A stretch of 64,000 nucleotides of DNA, from the NCBI GenBank assembly GCA_907165135.1, contig OU015567.1:15004001-15068000 (forward strand), written 5' to 3'. A program made the position numbers and the translations under genes. Below the pieces are notes generated by a model. It was not told the DNA's origin. It saw only the letters and a program-made list of their open reading frames with translations, and made no database searches. The stretch comes from Oikopleura dioica. Taxonomy: Eukaryota; Animalia; Chordata. Positions 35,002 to 48,253 of the stretch are shown one piece after another (positions within the stretch are counted from its first letter, which is position 1; every line of letters begins with the position of its first letter).

Positions 35002-36186
35002 TCAAGTGCATCGCACAAATATTTCATCGTAATATCTATCGAAGGCTTTTAGAAATAATGATCTAAAAAAGTATCTTACCATTGCGATAATAAGCATCCT
35101 GCTCACTGGCTTCTCGGCAGTTTTGAAGCGCAGTAAAGAGCTGAAACACTGCATTTTTGTAGGCAGAGCTTGGCAGCTTCGAAAAGTTGCTCTGGAGGTG
35201 CGGCAGAACATATCCTTGAAGTTCTGTGCATATCTCGTCAGTCTGAAAGATGAAATCAAGGAAAACTACAAAGTTGTATGCTTACGGTTAATTTTTCCTT
35301 GTAAATGTGGAATTCAAGATCGCGTTTCAGAGCGTTGAAGACTCCCAAACACTCGCTGAGATATTTGTTGATCCGTTCTTGCTGGATAGAAGTTCGACGG
35401 GGGAAATCCATTCGCTGAATAGGAGAGTAAGACGGGAGGAATTGAGAAAGGTTGAGCTCTTACCGAAAGCGGTAATGAATGATTTTGGCGTTTCATTTGA
35501 TCAAAGTTGGACAAAGTTGGGACAGCTCCTGTGCTCGCGTACTGCTGCATGTTTTTCTGAAACTCGGCTCGATCTCTTGGGGCACTCATCCCGTGAGCTT
35601 GAGTTTGCATTTGGGTTTGGAAGTAGAGAGCCTGTAGAAGTTGAAGTTGATGCATGTTTTCCTTAATTTTTCATTTAGAGAAGCTTATTTGAAAGCATTA
35701 ACCTGTTGAGCTCTAACAGTAGCTTGAGCGCGCTCGTATTGACTTTGAAGAATTGCTTGCTCTCGCTGTCGGCGGAAGTCTGCCGGCGAGCTGGTCTGAC
35801 TTGACTGCTGACTTCCAGAGGAATATTGAGTAGATTGACTGTAGCTATTCGGCATGCTGGACGAATAGATGCTTTGTTGGTTGTGAAGGAGGTAGGTCTG
35901 TTGCTGATTCAGGCCGTGGTAATGGAGCGATTGTTTTGTGAAGTTTCCTGAGGGGTTTTGAAGATAGTTGACAGCTCCTGGGCCACTTTTTGGAGCATGC
36001 TGAGAACGGACGGGCGCACCGGGCGCACGGTTGAAGTCGTTTTGTGGCTTTGTCAGCGATTCAAAGTTCTTCAATTATCATATCAGTTTTAGTTGTTTGA
36101 GAAAAACTTACTGATGGATCAAAAGGATTGAACACATTGTTGTTCTGAGGCTCTCGAATTCCAACACCCAAGGATCCCATATTCAT
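35002..36186 (-). CDS. Hypothetical protein: Q/S-rich N-half plus helical C-terminal domain
   Basis: Phase-consistent GT-AG exons: MNMGSLG..|NFESLTKP..|..LPLS|RMDFPRRTSIQQERINKYLSECLGVFNALKRDLEFHIYKEKLT|TDEICTELQGY..|AFDRYYDEIFVRCT*. Confidence 0.6.
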
Positions 36187-36409
36187 TGTCTAAAAACAGA
36201 GATCTAGTAAAAAACCATGGACAATAATAATAATTTTTACTGGCATTGGGAGAAGCAGGGTTGATTTGTCGGGAAAAATACATAAATGGAGGGTAAGGTG
36301 AGAGCACGAATTCAGTTTCAGAACGGTTCTAAAAGACTTTTGCCGGGAAGGCATGTGACAGGAGAAGTTTGTGGAAGATGACTAAACTCACAAATGAGCA
36401 GTAACTGCT

Positions 36410-39030
36410 TTAGAAGGAGCCCCTTCCTCCTGGTCCTCCGCCACGGCCGCCACCATATCCGCCTCCACCGCGGGGTCCTCCGCCACCTCGAGGTGCTCCG
36501 CCACCGCGGCCTCCGCCTCCTCGTGGTCCTCCTCGACCGCCGCCGCCTCCGCGGCCACCGAAGTTTCCACCACCTCTCGGACCACCACGGCCGCCACGAG
36601 GTCCTCCGCGGCCACCGCCGCCTCCTCCTCTTTGTCCTTGGCCACCTTGAGGAGCCCCATAACCGGGATTGGCGTTGCCCTAAAACAAACATGAAATAAT
36701 TTCAATGATCATTCTTTTTACCCATCTGAAATCGTCTTGCTGCTGAGGAGGTGGTCCCCAGGCTCCGCCGCCACCGCCTCGTCCTCCACCTCTACCACCT
36801 CGGCCGCCTCCACCGCGACCGCCTCCTCGGCCACCACCTCGGTCAAAGGCTGGCTTGTTCGCTTCTTCAAATGCGTAGCCGCCGTAGTCAAATGTACTGT
36901 CGGCGTTTTCAGGATCGAATTCTTCAACAAAGCCTAACGAATATTAAATTTTCTATTTTAATCTTTTCATTTTTACCTTTTGGTGGAATATCGTTCAAAA
37001 TCTGTAGAATCTCGCCAAAGCAAGTGGCGATTTTGTCCGGTTGTCCCGCGACTTTGATGAGTCTGTCAGACGAGTGAGGAGCTGGGTCTTGGTAGACGTT
37101 GATCTTGCAGCCGGTCTTTTCTCTGAGGCCTTTGATGGTCTCGCCTTTGAAGCCAATGACGGCTCCGGCCTTGGACTGATGAACAAGCATTCGCATGTCA
37201 ATGTCCGAATTCGGCTGTGCCCGGTTCCGCTCAACCATGTCATCGCGCAAAAGTGTACCAATCTTCTCGATAAGAGGAGTAACATTGCTCTCCTCGCAAA
37301 CGAATCGCAAGACTCTAATAACTCGAATAAGACAAAAATACAGAAAAAGTGAAGTTGGGGACAGTACGAATCGTGTGAAATTTATAAGAAATGGGTGTGA
37401 TTGAGTTGGCCTACGGGAATCTAGAAGCGACGGATACGTAAGACAGTAGCCTTTTCCAAGACCGAAAAAAAACAAAATTTGATAGCTGGGGTTGATCAAA
37501 CAGGGGAAGAAAAAAGCTACTGTCTTTTGGGTTCTTAGTGAGTTTAGTTACTAGATGGGTCGTTCTACCAGGGGTTCAAGACACAATGAAAATAGGGGAG
37601 AATTTTCTAGGAGTCAAATCATGCAAAAAACAAACTACAAATGTTTTTCTTTCGAAATTTCTCTTTTGTTAGACTCGTTTCAAATTGAAAACATGACAAT
37701 TTTAATAATTTGACTCGCGAAGAATCCCGATTGCTTGGGTAAAATCGAGCTGAGTCGCTTCAGGGCCTGATGTTTAGGGTGCCCCCTATTCAAAGACTCC
37801 TTGTGTGTGTTTTTGGGTTTCAATTGAGAAATTCCGGCAGAGTTGTTGAAAGATATGAGCTGGGTGTTTTCGTTCATTTTAAATTAAATTACCAACCGCT
37901 TGTTTGTGAATATGGGCTTGCAAATGGATTTTGCAGATTTCGGGAAGACTGTTCTTTTTACCTTTCTGGACCTTGGGCATCGGGGACATTCAGTTGGCAA
38001 GAGAACTAGAATTTTTTGATTTTCCGCGTTTTTTTTTGTTCTTTTTTATCAATTTATTTGAAAGCATAAAAGACCAACGAAGGACCATTTGTGTCGGGAG
38101 GTTTTGGACCAAGCACTTTCACTTAGCAAGTTCTTTTTTGGACCGGACCCAGTGTTTTTATTCAATAATTGAACAGTTCTTATATGGGTGCCCAAAATTT
38201 GTCCACCAATTCAAAGATATTTTTTGAAAGTTTTAGTATCGAAATTGGGAAATAAAAATTACATTATATAACTATTAAAAAGAAATTTTGATTTATTTAT
38301 CAAAAAAATTTAATCAGTCATTTTTCTAGCTCGAATAAACCCTAAACCGGACCGTAAGACTTCTATCAAGGTCAAATTATTGGACTGTTCTTTGTCGCAA
38401 CTTGCTAAGCTACTAGTGCATTTGGGTGATTCCAGCGTCATTTCCGTTTTTCCGTGTTAAAATAGTCGTCAATTTGTCAATTGAATTTAGTTATATATAT
38501 ATTTTTGATAATTGGTCCTTACGTCTGATCGAAGCGCTTTGATGGTGGTTCCACCTTTGCCAATGACTGCTCCAGCCATTTTCGAAGGAATAAGGAAGCG
38601 ATGGCCTACTCCTGGTTGGTTTTTCTGGCCGTAGCCGCCGCTTTGTCGGGCGCGCTTGAAGTCGCCTTGTCCGTCTGAAGATTGAAATGAACAGGAGTTT
38701 GGGGTCTTCAGGATTACCTGGTGCGTGTCCTCGTTTTCTCCCATCATTGTTGCCTCCGTTGAGAGGAGGAAAGTGACCTGGGCCTCGATGACCCATATTT
38801 CTTGGTGGCCCACCCATGGGCAGAGGTCCACCCATTGGCAATGGCCCTCCTACTGGCAGCGGGCCACCAGCTGGCAAGGGCCCTCCGTGTGGGTTGCCCA
38901 TGTGTCCCATCGGTGCGGCCATCGGTCCTCCCACGGGCAAGGGTCCTCCCATCGGCCCGCCTGGCATCTGACCGTTGAAACCCGGAACTGAGTCGTGCTG
39001 AAATCCTCCGTGGTGCATTGACGGGTCCAT
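36410..39030 (-). CDS. HNRNPK: hnRNP K-like KH-domain protein with RGG tail
   Basis: KH1 [41 protein letters not shown]; KH2 MRMLVHQSKAGAVIGFKGETIKGLREKTG; long GGRGG repeats to the stop. No third KH domain seen. Confidence 0.8.
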
Positions 39031-39182
39031 TTTAATTGATTTAAATTGTCTGAACGAATCAATTTTCAAACGAAATTCGAAAATACGGCTTGTAGAAAAA
39101 TATGGTTCAATAGCAATTGTGAAAATAAAAGTCTAAAAATATAAAAACAGAAGATTCAAAATTTAAATCCAGATTTGTCAAT

Positions 39183-40731
39183 TCATGCAGCTTGGACGAC
39201 GGTAAAAGTGTGCAAGTCGTTCTCAATCGTGGCGATTCGGACATCAAGTTCGCAAATCTCTTTTTCCAGCTCGGCTCTCGCTTTTTTCGCCGTAGCCAAA
39301 GGCTTGTTATCTACAAGCACAAGTTTTACGAGCTCTGTTTTTAGGGCTTTTACCGGAGATTGTAGCAGCTCGTTCTTCCATTTCGGCTTTAATTTTTTCC
39401 AGTTGATTGTTGACATCGGCCAGTTTGTTAGATTTCTCTGCGACGCCCGCTGTTTGAGAATTGTAGTTTTCCTGAAAGCGGATTCTCTCTGGGAAGCTGA
39501 TAGGTGTGTCTTATCTACCTGGACCTGCGCTAGTCGATCGTGGGAAACTCGAAGTTGCTGAACCAAGTGGTCCAGTTGCTGATTGATGTGGCGCTCTCTC
39601 GATTTCATTTTGTCCAGGTCAGCGCCGATCTCGTCGCCCATCGCGTTCAATTTCCGCACCGTATCGACAGATCCCGATTCTATCATCGATGGTTTTGAAG
39701 ATCAATAGTGAAAATGATTATTTACCAATTTTTTCCGCGCTCGTTTTGAGTTGATCAATTCTCTGTCTCCAATTCGTCTGGTCGCTTCGGAGCACCAGTT
39801 TTAGCTGGGGCGTGAGTCGCTCTACTTCGTCGCGCCAGGTGTCTCTGTCCACAGCGGGCAGTTTTGAAATCGGAGGGGTCGGCGCATCGGATGCTCCGAT
39901 TGGCGTGCTACCGATCTGAACTAAAGTCGATTTTATATAATGCTTGAAATTTCGATTGATCGCTTTACTTATAGCGCCATCATCGTCGGACTCGCCGATG
40001 TCGTCTATTTCTTCGTCCATTTCCAGCTCTACATCGGAGTCGTCGACAGTTCCGGCTTCTTCCGTCTCATCTGACTCTGTTGGGAACTACATAAGTCTTT
40101 ACTTACCCTCGGGGTAAGAAAAAAGCTACCTTTGGTGCGAAAAATCGATGTCCTCGACGCTCCAAAGCAAGATCTGCTAAAGAGGTTAGAATCTTCACGA
40201 CTTCATTTCCGTGTCCTTTTCTTATCTATCAAAAATCGTTCGCTAAATGTGTAAATTGAATATTTCGAGCACCTTTTGTGGCGGAAAGTCGACATCGACT
40301 CCCAATCGTCGACAACTTTCCATAATTTGCGAAGTTATTGCTCCTGGATCGTCAAATTCATCGACTAAAATAAGGACCTTGTAATAAAAAATAGACAGTA
40401 GCGCAGTACCTTCAATCGCAACTCCATTAGATTGTAAAAGATATTGAGTGAGTTTTATAAATTGCGTGAACTGTTCTCCTTGATTTTCATTGTTGGGGAC
40501 TGAGAAAGTGATTCGCGAAATTGTTCGGATTCCGCGCTGCTTTTTGACAAATTCTTTCTCGTAATTGAGAAGTTTGAGTTTTTCTATTCGGTTTTCAATA
40601 ATTGAAAAATCTCCTTATCATCAATTTTTCATAATAAAAATAATCGAAAACCAGCCTATTAAAATCTCATTCTGCAAAATAACCATGTACGCTGCTCCAG
40701 GCCCCAACTCAATTTCATCTGAGTCGCTCAT
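39183..40731 (-). CDS. IFT57: Intraflagellar transport protein 57
   Basis: ELGPGAAYM, LNYEKEF, NQGEQF, TWRDEVERLTPQLKLVLRSDQTNWRQRIDQ, KSRERHINQQLDHLVQ. Confidence 0.9.
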
Positions 40732-41098
40732 TTTTTACTCTTTTCTTTTGCTATCTAAAATGATCATCTGATGAACCAACTTCAACTCTTTCTTTTTGTT
40801 TTTGCGAGTTTTGAAAAAATGCATTTTTCTAAGAACTTAATTTTTGAACAATATGAGCAAGAATAATAATATATAAAGAGGGGGTACTGAAAAGCCGTTT
40901 TAGGTAAGTCTTAGTTAAACTAGAGTTTGGAAAGAATAGAATAACGATGGAGATGTTTTTATATTTAAAATATCTATTGTAGAATATTGCACAGAATTGT
41001 CTCTTGGTTTAGGATGATATCTTAAGAACTTCATTTGCCTAATTGAGACAGAGCATCCAGGATAGGTCCATAGGATCAAAGCAGTGTTAAAATGGATT

Positions 41099-43112
41099 CT
41101 AGTCGATCTTCACGTAAGTGTAGATTTTATGAACAAAGAGCGATGTCCCCAAGTATCCCAGTCCACCGCACATGAGACCCAAACCAAGGCAGAACATCGC
41201 CATGTAGCCGAAGTAGAAAGCGGTCTAAAATAAATAAGCTTTTGGCGATGGAATCGGCGGTTACCTGGAAGAGCCCATACATCCTCGTCTTGAAGAAGAA
41301 ATAATAAATTGAGTAAATGTACACGTAGCCGGCTGTACTCGCAGCAGACAAGAATGAGGTCCAATGCCATCTGTAGTCCTCGGAATTGAGCAAGAAGTAG
41401 GTGCAAACGATCGTAACGCAGATCGTCACTGTGCTCAAAATTCCAAGGACGAGGAGAATAAATCCATAGACGTAGTAGATCTTGTACGCCCAAAAGGAGG
41501 TGAGAATGAAATACATTTCGATGAAGATTGAGCCGAATGGGAGGATGCCGCCCAGGATGGAAATCATGAAGGGCTCCATGAACCAGCGCTTCTCGGGGAT
41601 GGGGCGAGGGACGGCATTTACTCGACAAGGGAAGTTCGGTGCACCGGAGATATTCTTGCCGATGACAGTGCCAACCAGTGTCAAGGGGAAAATGACAAAG
41701 CCGGCGAGAGCGATGAGAGCGAGCATAGTCGTGACTAAACATTCATTTACTGGCTATTCTTTTCATCGAAATTTCTTACATGGAATAGCTCTAGAAGCGT
41801 GGTATGAGATGGCAATGAAATTGACGGCCAAAGCGGTTCCGGAGACCAAAACGGGGAGCAAGAACGCACTGCAGAACATTTGCTTGATCCACGTCACTCC
41901 GCCCATTCTAGCGTAAAGTCCGCCTCCGACGTAGCCATTTACAGGCGCCAGAACTGCGTATGTGAAGAGACCAGTGGAGACCATTTCACCGTGCTCGGTG
42001 TAAAGATGACCCATAATTACAAGAAGAACGACAACAGTGACAGTTGCGCAAATTTGAGCTCCAGTTCCGATGAGCGAGCAGAAAAGCATTCGCTGATTCG
42101 CAGGTCTAAATTGCCCTCGTTATACTGTCATTCGATATCTTTATTTCTACCTGAAAACGTCGCCGTGAATCTGCTTCCATCCGTACTCGTCTCCAAGATC
42201 GCGTTCGAGGTCGTCAAGTTCTTCCTCTTTTGAATATCGAGCGTAATCTTTTCGCAGAGTTCGCATCAGAATCATCGATACGAGGCCGACAAGGAAGAGC
42301 ACCATCATAAAGGAATTGAAAAGCGAGAACCAGTGAATTCTGTGCTGGAAGAAAGATGGATCGAGATACTTGTCGTATCTTTTGCTGAATTCTACGTTCG
42401 ATTCTAAAATAAGCATGTAAGAAAATGTAAGAAGGGCTTTTTTACCTGTCCAAATGACTTCATAAGTGAAAGGAATCTCCATCCCTTCTGTGAGCTTGAT
42501 CTTATTCTCGGATGTCATCGAGACATCGACGATTCTGTCTCCATTGTATCCGATTTCGAACTTCTTGTGCGTCCAGATGTAAAAATGATCGGGCTTCTTG
42601 TCATCGTCTGTTTTGGGTATTTCACCGACAACTCCCCACACGGGCAAATCGTCGATGTACATTTGGTACCAGTAGTGGTGCTCCACGGCGTACACCAGCT
42701 GGTCGAGCTTGGATTTGTCCAGCGTCACTTGGCAGTATTTACGGGAAGAGATATCGGTCTTGTACTTCATGTCCAGTCCACTATGGACAAGCTCTACTCC
42801 CTGAAACACTCGTTAGAAGCGTAAAAGAGGAAGAATAACACGAACCTGAAGAGCATCACCGATATTATGATGATGTCTGACTTTTCCGACGTTTTCGTGT
42901 TCATCTCCCTTGCAAAAAGGTAGCGAAAAATACTCATACGTCTCTTGTCGATTGTGATACGGTCCGACTGTATTCATCCATAACTGGACGTGCTCATCTT
43001 TTTCGTATTTATGGGTGTCTTCATTACATGACGCTGAAGATCAAATAAAAGGAAAGAAGAGATTTCTCTTTTTACCTAGACTGAAGAGGACCAAGCTTAC
43101 GAGCTTCTTCAT
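41099..43112 (-). CDS. TM9SF3: Transmembrane 9 superfamily member 3
   Basis: [89 protein letters not shown]. Confidence 0.96.
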
Positions 43113-43338
43113 ATTCTCTCTTCTTTCTAGCGAAAACGAGCGCTAACTGCTGCCTCTTCTTTGGTTCTTCAAACTCTTCGTTTCATCAAATTCGAAAAAC
43201 GACCGACTTGAACTTCAGCGAATAAAAAAGAAAAGCGCGACCTTCTGAAAAGACTGATAAGCGTCTTATTATTGCGAGACTGCCGGAAAAAAAGCTATGG
43301 CAAGAAGGGTGAGCCGAGTTAGCGAGTTAGCCAGGCGA

Positions 43339-43352
43339 GATGAGCCAATGGC
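43339..43352. promoter_or_regulatory. CCAAT-box-containing 14-mer GATGAGCCAATGGC
   Basis: GC-rich segment upstream of TM9SF3; an identical 14-mer is at 50385-50398; matches the NF-Y consensus RRCCAATSR. Confidence 0.4.
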
Positions 43353-43502
43353 GCACCGTTCATTTCGCCTCAAGGGTCGGTCGCCGGCTCAAGCTAGCTT
43401 GGTATTCAGAAGGAAACGCGATAAATTGATTATAAATATATTATTAGTGTATTTAGAAGTGTTTATGTGACAGCTAAAGGCAGGAAAAGTGAAAGTGACA
43501 GT

Positions 43503-46500
43503 CTAGTTTAACGACTCGGTGGGAATACCCGAACTTCGTAACAAAGAGACAACTTCAGCTCGTTTCTCGGCTGGGATCGAATTCAGTAAAGTCTTGAACT
43601 TTTGAACATAAATTGGAATCACAAAGAGGCTGTCGGCAGGCTGGGGAAGACAATGGACTAAACTTTGAATATTCGCTTCGAGTTGGCCGAGATCACTGGG
43701 ATTTGGGTTCAAGACATGCGCAGTCAACGAGGAGAGCAAATAGTTGAGAATAAAAAGACGACAAGTCGCGGCGGAAATCTTCACGGAGGTTAAAATGTCG
43801 TTGTAGTTAGAAAGATTTGCTCTTGGATCAGAGTAGTTTCTAAAAGAATAGGTAAAGTTTTTATCAAAAATTGAGAAAGCAAAGGCTGTAAAGTGGGATT
43901 ATCTTCAAGAAAATAAGAGCCACTCAAGAATAAGGGCTTTGAGGGACAGATTCAAGTTCTCCAATTACTCACATAATTCCAAGACAAAATCCCATATTGA
44001 GCGCTTTGAGCGAAGCATCGAGCTCTGGTCTTTGCCTTTCCAATTCGAACTTGCTCTTTGCGATCGTCTGCAGCGCTCCTGCCGCGTTATAAATTTTGTT
44101 CTTGACCAAGTAATCGGCGAACAAGTCAATTTTTGACTTCAGATTTTGACCGTGAATTTCATTCTCGAGAACGTACAGTAGTTTTTGAATTGAATGATTG
44201 TGCTGCTCCCAGGAGCCGATCAGAACCCGATCGGATATTTCAGGAACGAAGCTTGGTGGTATTCCGTGTTGTCCAGTCGCCACCAGTTGCAGGAGATTTC
44301 GCAAACTCGGGAGCGATTTGACTGGTTTATCGTCGGAAAACAGTCGCAAAAGAGCAGTGATCTTTTCGATGAATTGCTGGTGTCTTCCATCTTCGACAGG
44401 AGGAAGTTTTGCCGTCCTTAGAATCAGCTCTGCTCTGTCGATCTTCTTCTCGTCCAGCAAGCGTGTTAGAATTCTAAGATTTTCATTCCAGCCAAGTTGG
44501 AACGATGGCATCAAATCCAGGATGTCTAGCAGTGAATCAAGGTGTCCTTCGTTGCGACTTTTGCTTATCAGCGGTAACAGTGACTAAAAAGCGCTAGAAC
44601 TTTTACTCAGAAAGAATCAACAAACCTGAATGATGAATCTACTTCTCACAAAGGAAGTAGAGTCTTGCGCCTCTTTTCGTCCAAGTTCGATTGCTTTCTC
44701 AACGTTTTTATCGTTGATAGCGTCGGTAAACTTGGCCATGGCTGGATCTGTTTTGTAGGAAATGTACTGCTTTGCAAGTAAAAAGTTTCTGAGAGCTCCT
44801 TGTTCGGCGGGCAGCAAACTGAACTCGTCCAGATTCTCGACAAATTCGAGCATCATCTTCGCAGGAATTTGGAGTTTGATAAGTTGGAAGAAAACAGTCG
44901 TCAACATCGTCTGAGCATCAACAGAAGACATGCCAGGCTCGAGAGCTTTGAGAAGCTCGTTGTAGAATTCCACACCGTGCTCATAAACCGGATGAGTTTT
45001 TTGATATTCGACGAGAAGGGATTCAAGGTAGACTTCGTCCAGTTTCTCCAGCGGATTCGCACTGATAAGTTCTCTAGCAGCAATGTGATTTCTGTCCTTG
45101 ACCAAGTTGAAAATCGTCAACAACTTCGCCGCATTTTGCTCTAGTCCTCGATCTCTCACTTCCTTTGTCACTTGAAGTCGGAACAAATCATCGTTAATGA
45201 AGACATTTGAGATCTTTCCATCAATGATCTTGATGTTTTCTTCTTTTTGAATCTTCAGCGCGCGTTCTAAAAAATTATCCTGATCCTGGCTTGCCCATTC
45301 GGTCGCTACTTCTGCCATTTTCACTTTGTTGCTTCGTAAGTCCAATTTCATTCGGTTACTAAAGCTGGTGATCGCGTTTTTGATTTCCTTCCAATCAGCG
45401 GTTTTAGCGAGATTTCTCAAGTAATGGAAAATGACATCGGTGGCGTCTCGCTGAAGAGTACTGACGTGCTCGTAATCTTTTGGCTTGACAACGGCGTGGA
45501 GAAGACCAGTGAACTCTTCTGGATGCTGGTCAGCCACGAAGGTTAGATATTTGAAAACGAATTGGGATGGCAACAAAGCGCGAGTATCCGCAACAGCTCC
45601 CATAATTGCGTCTGTTTTCCAACTCCTTTCCAAATTATCGACACAGCTTTTCACGAGACCGAAAATTTCCGCAGAATTATTTCTTGCTTCCAGAAAGGTC
45701 TCTTGATTGTAGAGAACGAAAAGGTCTCGAAGATTTTCAAGCGTTGGCTCGTTTTTGAGCTTTTTGAGTGCATCGCCAAATGGAAGAGGAGTTAGTTTTT
45801 GCGCTATTTCCATGTCCAAAACTTGTTTTATTTCATTGAAGCGGGCGTTTTCGTCGTTCAGGTACTTAAGCACTGGTGCTGGAATACTTTCAAGTTCGGA
45901 AAGGAGCTTTGTATGGAACTTTGGGGAGGTTTTCTGATTGAGAATTTTGTTGATAGTGTTTGCTGGAGAAATATTGAAGCGATAAGCTCCAAGTCGGTTG
46001 ACTTCTTTGAACTCGTTCTGCACTCTTCTTATTATTTCATCCTCATACTCGCGTCGCTTCGAATCTGGTAGATTCTTCAAAAACCTGGAGGCGAATAGAT
46101 CGCTAGAGAGCAAGAGACCCTCTTTGCTCTTCAACGAAAACTGCTCCGCGGTTTTATGATCCATTCCCGAAGCGACGAGGTCAAAATAATTTCGATTTAT
46201 TTCCTGGTTTTCGAAGATTTTCTTGAGCTCTTTCGCTGGGACGACGTTTCCGAGATAAACAGCAAAGTCCAAAAGAAGATTTTTCTCCTCTAAGATCGGA
46301 ACTAGAAGCGGGACGTTTTCAGACATCATCAATGCTGTTTCGTTTGTGAGAGGATTTCGAACGCTTTTGAGAATATTTGCGAGGTGATTTTCTGATGACA
46401 TTTCGCAGTAATTGACAAGATCTTGGACCGAATTCGAAGAAAGCCAGTGAAGGAAGTAATCTGGAACTTCGTCTTTTGGAGTCAAGAAAAAATTTTGATG

Positions 46501-47836
46501 GCCTCCGGAAAATTGGAGTTGCTTGATCAGCTGCGAGTCGCTTTTTGCCTTGGAAGTGTTTCGGAAAGAACTCTCCATTGAGAGGAACATATCGACGTTG
46601 AGGTAAGGGACGATTTTCCGGAGAATAAAGGGGTCTTTTTGAATTTCGGATTTGATAACTGGAACTGCTTGTATCACCTCTTCCACTGTTCGCTTTTTTG
46701 TTAGGTTGTCCAAGTTTGATTCTAGGAGACATTTGATGCCTTCTAGGACATTTGAGATGTTTTGCCGAGCAATGAGTTCAATAAAATCGGCGACTTGGAA
46801 CTCCCCGCTTGGATTTAACAATTTTGCCAGCTGAATTTCAAACGCCGAAAGTGTTCCATCTTGTTTGACGCGATCGAGCATCGGATGATCTGGGTTTCTC
46901 ATCAGTACTTCTCGCCAAGCCTGTGGATGAGCAAATTTCTTCTTGGAAAACTCGGCTTCGAGGAAACTCGTGGCGATTTCGAACTTGTTCTCTTCACTTT
47001 CAGCTCGGACGAGTTGGTAGACCATCGAGTGCATCGCATCCTCCCGGTCCTCTTTTGCCATATTGAAGACAGTTTCTTTGAAATCCTCGCTTTCATAAAT
47101 CAGATCTTGTTTTGCTTGAGAATAGCGGGCAATGTAGCTTCGTTTCAAATTGCGAATGAAGGCGGGGAGCTTTTTGCTGTCGCGTTTGCAGAATTTGTAG
47201 AAATAGTCGTTTTTCAATAAAGCGTCGAGCTCTGGGGAGGAAAGTGCTCCGGCGAGAATTTGAGATTGAAGCTGGCGTTCTTGGAGACCGAGGTCTTTTA
47301 GTCGAAAGACGTTGTTCAACAGCCATTTTCTGAAGAATTTTGGTTGGCATTTGGTTTACTGTCATCGGGACAGCGCTAGGCAGCCTGTGTAGAAACCTGA
47401 GTCAGGGTAGCGGCGTTTTTAAAGATTTTCTAGAACCCTGACTCAGGCTTTAACACAGGGTCCCGAGCACAGACTCAGGCCTTATCATTTTAACTGTTAA
47501 AAATATCTATAAGGTCTTTACCTATCCGACAAGTACAAGCACGGGCTGCTAACAAGTCCTTCAATCGCCGATTTTATTTGCTTCTTAGATCTGTCCACAT
47601 CAACTTTTACATTTGATTCCCTATTGAAGGCTTTCTGAAAATTGAGGATGAAATTTTCCTCTTTCCGGTTTAGCTTGTATTTTATGAAGGGTTTTCCTTG
47701 GTTGCTTCGTAGAACGTCCAGGACTGCATATGAACTGGCTTCGCGACTGAACTAAATTTGGCATTATTCTTATCAGTTTTTGGTCGAAAGTTTAAACCTT
47801 CAGAAAAAACGCATTATTCGCCCTGCAAAGCGACAT
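43503..47836 (-). CDS. Large (~1,250-1,300 aa) predicted alpha-helical protein with possible mitochondrial presequence
   Basis: MSLCRANNAFFLK|FSREASSYAVLDVLRS.. joins in phase to the 900-codon exon (44617-47335) and downstream exons. No clear family motif; 3' junctions uncertain. Confidence 0.7.
47371..47471. mobile_element. Degenerate member of the CTGGGCTC-ended MITE family (intronic)
   Basis: Shares AAACCTGAGTCAGGGT...ACCCTGACTCAGG with the 27141-27301 element; ends degraded, no clean TSD. Confidence 0.65.
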
Positions 47837-48253
47837 TTTCACTTTTCCCTTTCTTTCTTCTCTTTCGGGCTTTTGGAGAAAAGTAGGAACGAACCAATCA
47901 GCGGTTGAGAATATTTATTTCCCTTTTGTTACTGTTCGAGAAATCGCCAATCTTTGACTATTTCTAACTGAAAGTTTCTAAGAAGTTTGATGCCATTGTA
48001 ATAATCCCATCGATTGTCGGAGAAGAAACTACTGTATTTGAGAAGAAAGAATCGATTTGAAGGCGATTTTCGCGCCAATGGACAGACTGGGCCTCTTTCA
48101 AAAGTTTGCTCAAGACACTCCGAAATCTCCAAAATTTCAACAATTCGAAAATCGACTTGAAAATCGAACGAAAAGACGAGAGTAAGAATGGACGATTCAT
48201 CAATCGTGAGCAGCCCAAAAATAAGAGACGATGAAGCTCTGCGGCCAAGGTCA

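Noticed and set aside
36318-36937. Arg-rich and Ala/Glu-rich ORFs in the GC-rich stretch
   Set aside because: Alternative frames and antisense of the GGRGG-coding exons of the hnRNP K-like gene.
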